Source: Amoebophrya sp. A120
Lineage: Eukaryota > Protista > Dinoflagellata
Reading direction: 5' to 3'
Length of the DNA stretch: 64,000 nt
Assembly: GCA_905178155.1 (NCBI GenBank)
Contig: CAJINV010000021.1
Location: 411,760 to 475,759 of the forward strand
Below are positions 39,080 through 50,462 of this stretch, one piece after another. Position 1 is the first letter of the stretch. Every line of letters begins with the position of its first letter. Position numbers and translations under genes: made by a program. Under the pieces are notes generated by a model. The model had not been told where the DNA came from. It did not search any database and saw only the letters and a list, made by a program, of their open reading frames with translations.

Positions 39080-42000
39080 ATGAGCACCATCGATCCCCGG
39101 TACCTTCGTCTCTCCGGCGCGCAGCTGGCCCACCGCCACAGCACAGCCGAAGGGAAGAACGAGCAGATTGTCTATGCTCTCTGGAAGGACATCACGAGCT
39201 CCCTCGAACGATCGGAGAGCCACAAAACCGAGGCGGCGGCGCTGATGGCGGCGATTCGGTACCGGGTTCGCGGCTACCCGGAGAAATTACCCGCGATTTT
39301 GTCGAAGCTGGTGCGGTTTTTTTCCACAAACTTCGAGGACGTGAGCGACGAGCGGTTTGAGATGGCGGCGGATTTGGTGCGGGCGGAGCTGCCCGACGCC
39401 CGGGCGGGGGAAATTGTGTTCTGGGTCTTGCGCGGCATTCTCGTGGACGACGCGACATCGGTTTTGTGTCATATTGTGGCGCTCATGGAGGAGGAACTGC
39501 CGAATTTGCCGATTGTGGATAAGATCCAAAAAGCGCTCGTGTTGGTTCACCTCTACTACAACAGTTCGGAAGTGGAAGAACAGCAGGAACTGCAGCAAAC
39601 GCAGTACATTTCCGCCCCAGTAGGAGAGAAACAATTGCAGGACATGACGTTCCAACAGGGCTACGACTTCGCTGACTACAGCAACACGCTGAACAGCGGC
39701 ACAGCAATGCCCTCGAAAGGCATCAAGCGGCCGCGCGCGGAGGGCGAGGCCAAGCCCGATGAACCAGAAGGGGAGGTCCGGCCGCTGAAAAACCAGGGAC
39801 GACGAGGCGGACCAGGGTATTACAACGAGTTCGACGCGTTGCGGCGCGATTCTTCCGCGTACTCCAGCATCAACAGCAGCATTTCCCGGTCCTCTGGCCA
39901 ACCGAGTCGGCGGAGCGCGCAGTCCGTAGCGAGAGTGGAGCCGACCGAGGAATACGGTGTGGTGAATACGTTTCTGGGAAAAATGTCCAGCGAAGGCGAG
40001 GGGGCGGAACAGTCGCGCATGGAGGCGATGCGCGATAGTGCGGTGGAGCAACAGGCTGGTGGAGTTGAACCCCAAGCGAGTATGCGGGGCGCCACGGACT
40101 CCGCCATTTCGATTTCCTCGGCCGGGAGCAATTCTATCAGCATCCAGGGCAGTGTCCGAAAGTCCAGCCAGATGCAGAGCCAGGCTGGTGTAGTACCGTC
40201 TCGCGGAAGCAGCTCCGCCGTTAACTACAATACGTCAATTAGCTACGGCACCGGCGACTACCCGCGCCGGGAAGAGGACAATCCGACAGTGGTCATGCAG
40301 TCGAGGCAAGACAGCTCGCAAATACCCAGATCGACGCGGGAAAACGAGTCAACCGGGTTTTTCCTCGCGCCAATGACGTCGTCTGCCGGTGCCTCATCAG
40401 GAGGAGGCCGGGCAGCAGGAGCCTCCTCTACTTCTGCATCCAGAACGCACAGCACTTTTAACGAGAGTGTGAAAATACCGTCGAGGTTTGACCCGAAGTC
40501 CTCGACTTCCTCCAGTTCGACGTTCCGGTCCAGCTCGAGTTCTAACAACAGCAGCATGCGGGACCCGTCCAGCAGCTTCAGCACGGGGTTTGCCGTACCG
40601 TTGGCCACACAAACAATGTCAATGGCAGCTCGGGGCTTCAACAGCAGTACTTCCGGGCGTCCAACAGGACCGTCCAGCGCGTCCAGAGGTGGGAGCAGTG
40701 CTGTCCAGAGGACAAAATCATTTCCGATCGTCGACACCAACTACCGACCAAGAATCCCTTCGGAATCGCCGCGCGACCACGAACCGGTGGATTCCAACCC
40801 GATGACCGCGGTGCAGATGTCGATCAAGAATATCGAGAAAACGGTCACTAACGTTGTTGCTGCGAAAGCGGGCGAGCAGCAGCGCCCGAGCGAGATGTTT
40901 GACCAGCAGGGCAGTACGCGAGCGCTCATCGCCAACGCGGAGCGAACGGTGGTGAATGCACAGGTCACGGAACCAATAACGAGCAGTGATGTGGCCGCGC
41001 CACCACTTTCGGCGGCGCTTGCGGTGCCGCGGGCGAATCCCAGCACGGCGTCAAGTGTAGCTGATCCTGGGTCCGCTCGCGGTTCGAACAATCCTTCGAG
41101 GACGGAGGAAAATTCGCTCTTGAGAATGCTGAATCAACAGCAGCAGGCAAGCAAACAGTCGTCCGCGCAGCGGATCGCGATGGAACGTTACGGGCGTGAG
41201 GGGCCCAGTCTGGCCGCCCCGGCGGACGCGCCGGTGTATCCTGCGAGTGCCCAGAACAAGTTGCGACCTCTGACGCTGCGCGACATGCTGGATCCGACGG
41301 ACGCCGGAAACTTAACCGCGGCGGAAAAAAGCCGCATTCGCGCATACAACCCCTCCCGGGACGCGATGGGGGACGTGATGCAACGCCCCCCACCACAAAC
41401 GCCCGAGGACATTAGTGCGAAGAAGCGGGTGCCGCTGCTCGAGGTGTTAGCCAAGGTGTGTGACGCGGAGTGGAAGCGGACGAACCCCGCGGCGGAGGAG
41501 TCGTACCTCCCGCACGACTCCGCGGTGAAAGATTTGTCCAACCTGCGGAAACAGATCCTGCGCGCCATCACCTCCGGATCCTGGGAGAACTACGGCATTG
41601 TGAATGCGAAATTCGAATCCATTATGCACACCGACGCGATCGGCGCGTACAAGGCGACGCAGAGCCAGCCGGTGGGGCAGAAACTGGCGATGAAGTACGG
41701 GGAGACGCCGCAGACCCTGGAAATGATGGCGGTCCAGTGCGCGACCAACCCGTTTGTGCTGCAAAACGCTTCGCAGTACCGGGTCAACCGCGGGGAGTAC
41801 TTGCAGGATATGGGCCGGGTATTATCTGAGATTGAGAACGAAGGGCGGGGCAGTCTGTTTCTCGCGATGGCGGGTGAGGAAGGGAACGAAACCCTGGTCC
41901 AGCAAGCTTTAAAGCCTTACGAAATGTTGCAACAAAACATGGCCACCGCACTCGGACACAACCCCTCAGCACCGGGTACTACGGGCAATGCGACTCCGAG

Positions 42001-45000
42001 AACTAGGGGCAATAATTCGACGGAGCAAGTGCAGGCTTCGGAATATAATTTCAACAATATGGATCAAAACATCAACAACTCAAGCCGCAGTTTGACAAAT
42101 TCCCTGTCCCCAAGGGAGAAGGAGATCAACGTGTTCCTGATGTCCACGAACAAACACCACGCTGGCGCCGACGGGACAGACCCAGCAACCCTGTTGAGCA
42201 CCCCACCAAACAGCCGGGAACTGAAAGACCCGAGCTTTGTGTTGCTATCCTGTGCAAAAGTATCGTACTCGTAGTAATCGCAATCATGCATTACAAATCT
42301 TTATCCCATGGCAAAACAGCATGACAAATTCCATTTGTCATGCTGAGCTAATTTGTATTGCAATTACTACTAGTACGATACTTTTGCAGTTCATAGTTGC
42401 AAATGGACGACAACGGGGTCACGAACTTCTTTGACCAAGTGATCGTGGGTATGAACGGACAAAATACAACTTGACCCCAGAAAGAGCATAGAGCGCCACG
42501 AGAATGAAACTAGCGACCTACGAGAATGAGGAAGCAAATGGGGCCCCACCCGCTTACAACTTTTCCCGCTCCGGACGGGGTAGAGGCTGCACTTTTCATA
42601 GGGCTTGTGCCCGTTTTTTCGCGCAAAGCTACTTGTTTTGCGCGCGGTTTTTCTCCGCTCGAGCGGTCGGGTGGAGAAAAACTGCATTACAAAATTGGAA
42701 AACCGGCCGGATGCAGATGCAGCTTTTCTCCCCGCAGGAGAAAAGCCGCATCACAAATTCGCAAACTCCGCTTCCTGCGGTTGGAGAAAGACCGCGCCTC
42801 CGGTTCTCCGCATTACAAATGCGGAAAGGTGACCTTTCCGCATTACAAGTGCGGAAAGGTGCCCATAGCCATTGCATTTGTAATGCGGAGAGCCCGACCT
42901 TTCAAAGGTCGGGCTCTCCGCATTACAAATGCAATGGGCGGAAAGGTCGGGCTCTCCGCGTTACAAATGCGGAGTGCGGGGCTTCCCAGAGCTCGGGGTT
43001 CGGGTTGTGGGTAAAATGGGGAAAGGGGAAAGCCCGGAGCCTCGGGTTCTCCGCAACCCGGGCTCTTCTCCGCATTACAAATCCCCCCACCCCTTTCGCC
43101 ACAAGCGGCTGCTGCAGCCGCTGCACACCGTCGGGCGCAACCTTTTGCGCGATGCTATCCCCAAGCAGCAATATTCGCACTCCCGATAGCATCGAGCGTG
43201 AGGCTATGCTGCATGGTATCGCTGCGTGCGAATTTCCCTCGCAGCCATACCATGCTGCATTAGGTTACGCACGACCTGTGGCTGTCTTTCTCTGCCCCCC
43301 TTGGGCGTTGTGCAGCTTCTTTTTACCCTCAAACACGACCGGACCCCGGGAAAAGTTGTGGTTTAGGGAGGAAGCACAACTTTTCCGCGGACCACCCCAA
43401 GCCGGCCCCGCGGTGCCGCTTCTCCCGCATGAAGCCACGGGGTTGCGCGGGCCCTCGTGCAGTCAATGGTCCAAATTCCCGCGGCGCTCGGTGTTTCGCA
43501 AGCATACACCTCCGCAGAGAGACACGGCCGATTTTTGGCGTTTGCCGTTTTTGCGCCGGGCCCCGAGGGTCCGGTCGCTAGCAATGAGGGGCCAGCGCGC
43601 GCCTTCGTTGTGTAGCCGGCGCGCTTTTTGTGGCAGGCTGCGCGCCTTTTCGTTTTGTTTTTTTCGTTTCTGTTCCTGTTGGGGTCCAAAGACAGGGCGC
43701 GGAACTAGGGGCGCCGGTGCGCTGGCGGTGTTTCTGGGGCAGCGCCAGCAGCGATGCTTCAAGCGGAGGGGGGGGGGCATGCAAAAAGGGGTCGCGCTCT
43801 GCAAAAAGCAGCTCTGCAAAAAGGGGTCACGAACTTCTTTGACCAAGTGATCGTGGGCCCGCACGATCCCTAAATCGGAAACATCAATCCGCATGCCTAT
43901 AGGGGAAAACCCTAAACCCTTTGCGACCGAACGCCCGCATGGAGTACTCCCACGAGCTAGCTGGCGGCCCCGGCTGCGCGACCGGGTCCGGAGGGGAGCG
44001 TGGGCAAGAGAGGCGTTGCTCCAGTGAAGTGCAACGCCCATGACCTTTTTTTCTTCGTTGCCCGGGTGCGCGCAGCCAGCGCCCTTCCCGGCGGCGATCA
44101 CCTCCGACCGCCACGACCCTCTGACCCCCGGTCACGTGCCGTCCGGCTGGCCGGACGGACGTGACCCGCCCGGTCACGTCTAGGCTCCTTGTTATCTTGT
44201 AATAATTTTTAGGGCAGGGGACCTAAGGCCCACCCACCTGGGTGGGTCGAAGGTCCCCTGAGGACCTAAGCGGACATTTTGTGACCCTCTTCTAAGCTAC
44301 TCAAAAAGTCGCGGCGCGCGCGGCGCTTTTATTTTGAGGGCCAGCGCACTGGCGTGCAGATTTGGCCCGGGGATGTCGTGCGAAAAAAACGCGGGAAACC
44401 AGGGCCAACACAAAGAAGGCCAGCAACCGCGCCCGCAAATCGGGGGGGAAGACTGACAGACACCCGGCGGGCCCGGCAACGCATTATACGGGGCGCGCCT
44501 CGCCTGTTTAGTTTCTTTCTTTGTTTGTTAGTACGGGGTCACGAACTTCTTTGACCAAGTGATCGTGGGCCCGCACGAAGTCATCACCGAGGGCGTGAAT
44601 TTCAACGTGAAACAAACGGAAAACTTGCCGTTTCGCCAGACCGTCGACTACAACCCTCGAAATTTCTCGGTTGCGTATCAAGGCGCGGGCGCGCAAACAG
44701 CGACGAAAATTATAGGTGCAAACAATAGTCCGCGGCAGCCAACGCGCGCGAACAACAATAACATACCCGAGGCAATACCCGAACAGCAGGAGTACGAGTC
44801 GTCAAACGAGAATAACGACAAAAAGAATGAGGAATACATCCTTCCTCCCAAGAACGACAATAATCTACCGCCAGCAGGGAAGAAGAAAACGGTTTCCGCA
44901 AGTGTACAGAGCTACACGCAAAATCAGCGACAGGACCTGCTCTCGAAAATACCAGGCGGCACGACGAAAAACGCGCAGGAGGGGTACAGTGCCAATCAGC

Positions 45001-45032
45001 GCGACAACCTGCTTTCCAAAATGCCGTTTTGA
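39080..45032 (+). CDS. Large Ser-rich protein of unknown function; one introner and a 2.1-kb double insert near the 3' end
   Basis: 1064-aa ORF continues PSFVL/QMDDNGVTNFFDQVIVG/PHEVITEG into ORF 44559-45032. Confidence 0.7.
42246..42395. mobile_element. Introner family C, TSD gttgc
   Basis: tgcaaaagtatcgtactcgtagtaat/attactactagtacgatacttttgca. Confidence 0.92.
42413..44578. repeat. Three copies of a 35-44 bp exon segment separated by two GC-rich inserts (42450-43822, 43867-44532)
   Basis: ggggtcacgaacttctttgaccaagtgatcgtggg at 42415, 43823 and 44535. Confidence 0.9.
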
Positions 45033-45907
45033 TGCGGAAGGGCCTTTTGGGTGCAGTGCTTCTGCGCCCTTGTTTTAATTATTCATTTGTTTTTTTCTTT
45101 TTTTATTTCGTAAGTGAGTCTATGATCATGCGCATCAAGCGCTGCAGTCCCTAAGTTGTAGACGTTTACTCACAGACATTCGACTTGAGTATATTAGAGA
45201 TTGAGATACTACTTGTACTACAACTTCTAAGTACAATATCACACCGTGCTGCAACTGCAAGAAAATCGGCTGGGGACGACACTTGATTCAACTACAGTCC
45301 CATCAGATCTGGGAGTTTTCTGCCAATCGGAAAAGCTTGAGGACACAGAGACCCAGTGCCGCATGTTGCGAGTCTATTTCGGATATCAATATTCCTTCAT
45401 CTTTTGCATTCAGGTTCAGACCGAAGATATTTGACAACATTATGAACTTGAAAACAACTACAGGTTGGTCGTCACCACCTGTGGTTTTTTTTGCCGCGCA
45501 GGCTTTTCCTTTTTGCTCTTGCGCGTTTTTGCTGTTCACATTCGAAGGTGGCACAAGCACACGGTTTGAGAGCAGTCCATGCTGATGTGCTGCGCGCGTC
45601 TCATTGGTGCAGCCGCACCAATCTTGTTGTGCCCCGCCCATGGTTAACTACTCACAGAGAGATTTATTTTATGACCGTACGTATCCCGGCGCGTAAGTAC
45701 ATACAATATCACGATCATCATGACCGTGACTGCGTAAATTGGTTGCCAGCACGCACAAGAACATTCCTACCGTTCAGAACGACGGCCTTGTGAGTGTGTG
45801 GAGTAACGTAAGTACATCAAGGTCAACATCAAGTACCAAAACGCAGAGGAGTGTTTTTACGTACCTGATCGATCCTTCAATGTTGTTGATCAACTAGCGC
45901 CAGAATC

Positions 45908-48900
45908 ATGGTCGTCGGTGAAGACGTACTAGATTTCTTTGGAGATAACATTTCGCACAGCAGCACGTCCCAACCCGAAAACTCCACCCGTGTTGGTGGT
46001 TTGCCGCACCAGTCACCGGCCACCGGTACTGCTCCTACTACCACCTCTACGACCAACATGGCAATCGACGACTGGCTAGCAAGTTCTCCTCCGCGGAGCC
46101 ATAAAATGCCTGCGACGACCGGAAATAACTACACAAAGCCGGTAGCAGCTGCGTCTAGCAATTTTGATGACGATTGGTTGTTCGGATCGCTGAGTTCTTC
46201 TAGCACGGAGAAGAAGAAAAATGAGGGGATCAGTTCCACAGCATCCATGTCGACGTCCACAGGGAACAGCAGCAGCACGGGAAGAACTTCTACGCCTACC
46301 AGTGGCGCAAGTTCTTCTATGCACCACCAGCTTCGTCCGGGCGGGGGCGGCAATGGCAACCTCAACCACAATCCGAGTAGTTCCTCTGCCAGTAGTTCGT
46401 CTAACTCCAGTGCTGGCCTGAGCGATGACTACCTCTACGTCGACTCCGAGACGCAGAGTGTGCAGCTGACAGGAGGGTCGACGTCAGGGACAAGTAGAAC
46501 TACAGCTCGGACGTCGGCTCCTTCTGCGCAACAGATGGTTTCTACGCCGACCACTACTTCTGGTCGCCAACAGGAACTACAGCACGTGCACCCTCCGTCT
46601 CAATCCTCCCGAGCAGCACAACAGCTACATGAGGACTCATCTTCAAAAGTCGATCCTTTTTACAACAATCTTTCCACAACTACATCAAGTCGGGTGAGTT
46701 CGAAGGAAGGAAACAGCACGAATCAAAGCTTTTCCGTGGAGGACGACGTATGCACTGCAAAAGTACCGTACTCGTAGTACTAATTGCTATCATGCATGAC
46801 AAACATCCCTTTTTAGGTAAATCAGCATCACAAATTCCATTTTTCTTCTTGAAAAAAATTGTGATGCAATTTATACTAGTACGATACTTTTGCAATGCAT
46901 ACGACGATGTGGGGTACGATGTGAACATCAAGTTGGAGCAAGGTGACGACGAGCACCCAGGAACAAACGCTCATGAGAATAGTAGCAGCTCCGGCAGTAA
47001 CAATACTAATTCCGGCACGAAGATGAACAATAAGCCCTCCGGCGCGCCGGAGTATTTTTCCATGGTTTCGAACGACTCACCGCCACGAAATCAAGATATG
47101 GCGTTCTCAAACGTTACATTCTCAACTGTTGCATGGATTTGTGATGCAAAAACAGCAATAGGGAAAGGGGCGAGCTTGCAAGTCTCGCATCACAAATTTG
47201 GCACAGATTTAGACGCTGCCTAGCCCTTCGAGACTTTCTCATGCGAAGCAGCTTGATAGTCTGGAGGCTCATGATCATTTTGCATGACAAATCATGTAAC
47301 AGTTGAGAATGTAACAGTTGAGAGCCCCATACAAGAGCAAGGAAATTTTGGAGATTCTCAAATGAGTCCAGAAGTAAACTCATCATCGATAGCGAACACA
47401 GGAGCTGACGATGATGGAGCTCCTACTTCTGCAGGTGGACCCGGTGCACCAGCTGCGTCCTCGAGTACCAGCAAGCCGTTTTGCTACCAGACCTTCGTCA
47501 CTGAGGTGTTGAAGCACCCCAGTGCCACGCCCACGATACACAACGCCAAGCTGTTTGTGGACCAGGTAAGTATCTTCATATATTAATCGTTAGAGTGCAA
47601 ACTAGCCTTTCTCGGCTGGATCCCCTTGTACAGCACGACCACGGAACATTCAGAATGAAGAAAATGAATTTTCTTTGAGGAGAAAACTTGATGCAAAAAT
47701 GAGGCATGATGTACAACTACCTCGCGTTTGCAATCTATCGCGCCCAATAATAAATAATGCAGGTGAACAACCTCGCACCGGAAAAGCGCGGTGCAGCCAT
47801 CGCATCCTTCCGAGCTTACATCCCAAAGCTGCATGCAAAACTGATGGAGGCTGAGATCTATGAGGAGTATAATTTTGAGGCAATCAATTTGTGGTGCTTC
47901 TTCTTTCTTGTAGATTGTTGGAATGAATATGAAACTGCGCAAATCTTATTTAAGCATATTTCTATGATCCACCAGACTCCTCGTGGTCCTCTTCTACATC
48001 TAGCAATTACATCCGCACCAGGGCCGACGACCAGTCTAAGCAATACGCGCTCGAAGGGCTGGAAAAGTTTGTCGCGACCAAAATTTACAATTCCGTTTTT
48101 CGCATCCATCCGGAGGACGATGGTCGACGGGATCGGAACGTCTCCACAAAACTCACCTCGCTCAAGTGGGTCAAGCTGCACCGCCATCTCGGTACTACTT
48201 ATATGAATGCGGAATGCCCAACATGTAGTAACAATAATGTGGTCGAGCGCAAAAGCAGATGAACAAAAACTTCTACAAGCAAGTCAGGGTGTGAGTGTCA
48301 GCAGGCACGCCAGCATTATTACGTAGCAGAAAAAAAAAATGAATGTTCTTCGTACGTGTTTCAATTAATTTTTCTATCACACAGACGTGAGCGAAGCGGT
48401 TGCCGAGCACCCAAAACTGGAAGTGGCCAAGGATTTTTTTACGCGGCTGAACGAGTACAAAGCCCCCCGGGACAAGCTGATCTGCCTCCAGAACGTGTGC
48501 AAAGTTCTCCTGACCTGCCTCGAACAGTGCAGTAACGGCTCCTCGGCCGGGGCGGACGATCTCCTGCCAGTGCTGCTTTTCGTGCTGATCCAGGTCAACC
48601 CGCCGAACTTGCACAGCAATTTGGAGTTTATCTCCAATTTTCACCAGCAGCTGGTCGAGGAGGGCTTGTACTACCTGACTACAGTGAAGTCCGCGTTGGA
48701 ATTCCTTCGTTCTATGGACCACACGGCCCTATCTAACGTGGACAAGGGCGAGTTTGAGTTTAACTGCGAAGACATTCTGCGCCCCTTGGGGCTCGCGTTG
48801 GAACCCGAGCCGGGGGAACCGGGGTTTCTTGACGGCGGGAATAATGGTGGACCGGGAGGCGGAGCGTCGTCGTCGTCTACCCATGGGAGCAAGGGCAGAA

Positions 48901-49529
48901 AGGCGGGTGGAAGAAATAACGCGAACAGGGACAACACTAGTGGTGCAACGAGTTCTAGCAACCAAGAGCAGCAGGGGTCCACACCTTTGAGCTTTCTCGG
49001 CGCTGCGAAAAGCATGTTCAATCTCGGTGGAGGCGGAGGTGGATCATCTTCGGCTTCGAATAGCAACAAGGACAGTAAGAATACCGGTAACATGGCGGAA
49101 AACAACACAGCCAACACGACCCCGTCCGGAACGGACCACGGCGATATTAGCACAGTCGACGGAACATTATCAACGAATGGCAAAACACCAAGGAGCTCGG
49201 CGTCTTCTTCTCAGAATAATGCTGGTGCATCGGAAAACTACAACAGAAGTTCGTCCGGTGGAGCAAATTATCAGGGCCGATCGTTATCGCACGAGGAAAT
49301 CATGCAAAAGTGTCGGCAGGAGCTGGAGGCCACCCATCTCGTGGTCCCCTTAGATGACGACCGGCGCCTGATGCTGCGGGAGTTTGAGCACCACTTCAAC
49401 GCGCACAAAATGGACTCACTGACCATCCGTGAGGTGCCCCAGCTACTCTCGGATTACAAGGCACTGTCCCGGTTTTTTCAGATCCTCCAGAAAACCTACC
49501 ACGAACAGCTGAAAAGGAAAAAGAAGTGA
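45908..49529 (+). CDS. VPS9-domain Rab5 GEF; two introners and GT-AG introns 47566-47762, 47867-48021, 48192-48384
   Basis: APRDKLICL, GADDLLPVLLFVLIQVNPPNLHSNLEFISNF, EGLYYLTT; the introns join the exons in frame. Confidence 0.88.
46749..46901. mobile_element. Introner family C (inverted relative to 37339-37481), TSD cgacg
   Basis: Reverse complement is nearly identical to 37339-37481. Confidence 0.93.
47097..47331. mobile_element. Introner family G (interior inverted relative to 29769-30003), TSD caaga
   Basis: gttacattctcaactgtt/aacagttgagaatgtaac; same length (235 bp) as 29769-30003. Confidence 0.93.
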
Positions 49530-50462
49530 GAGAAATGTACGGAGGACGTCAGCCCACGGCGAGGAAGGCATTTTCTGAATTCTGTCTTGGCTCTACATCT
49601 CCTTCTCCCAGCATAGCATGCGGCCGGACAGACTGTATGCTCGACAAATTTTGCAAATGTTACACGACCTGACTTCGAGGTCATCGTCATCATTCGTCAT
49701 GGTAGAAGTACAGGCCAGTGGAAACCTAGCAGGGGAAGGCGAGCCACCATGGAAGATAGGGCGATAAAGCAGCTGATCATTTTCTGCTCGTCTTGCTTTT
49801 CCTTGCATTTTCTTTTCGAAGAAAGAGAAACAGCATGTGAATGATGTTGAAAGAGCATATTGTTTTTGATTTTGCGTCATCATGGCCTTTCTTCGCATGA
49901 AATTAGTAGATGAGAAGAACAGGTCCAGGTGCTGCGCATCACCTCCAGTTGTGGAGGCTTGAGCAGGGAGAAGTCCAAACTTCTTGTCTTCAGACCTTTC
50001 GCTGCATAATTCAATAAGGTTGAAGCGATTTTTGATTCAAACAAATCTTGTTCAATCTTCATGATCCCTGTGCTAGTACTTATTAATCCACCAACTGAAA
50101 AGTATTTTTTTTTGACACCAACTCCAACCAGAGCCCGTTGCCACCCAGCCCTGTGTAGTCGCGTCTGAGAGAAGACTCACGACGTTCTTGATGTTGAGAG
50201 ATTTTTTGTCGGTTTTTCTTGTGCCCCGAGAATACAACAGGATGTCTTGCATGGATCACTCTCCACTGGCACCGCAGGCGCAGACACCCTTCTTTCTAGT
50301 ATAGTCCCGCCCATCTTAAGTTTCCTACCCGATTGACAGTGATCTGATCGTGATCACCGGCTTTCTTCCCCCACCTGCCTCCTCAAGTATTCGGTTTTAT
50401 GAATCAGACTCTCAGTTCTCTACGTCTGGACGACTTCGGGTGTTAGTTTTGTTTTTCAAAAG

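Noticed and set aside
42504-43850. 448-aa ORF in the insert as a transposase or reverse transcriptase
   Set aside because: Low-complexity translation of GC-rich repeats; no DDE, RT or tyrosine-recombinase motifs seen.
42413-44578. Three ~35-bp direct repeats as a CRISPR array
   Set aside because: Spacers are 0.7-1.4 kb, the repeat is coding exon sequence, there are no cas genes, and the context is eukaryotic.
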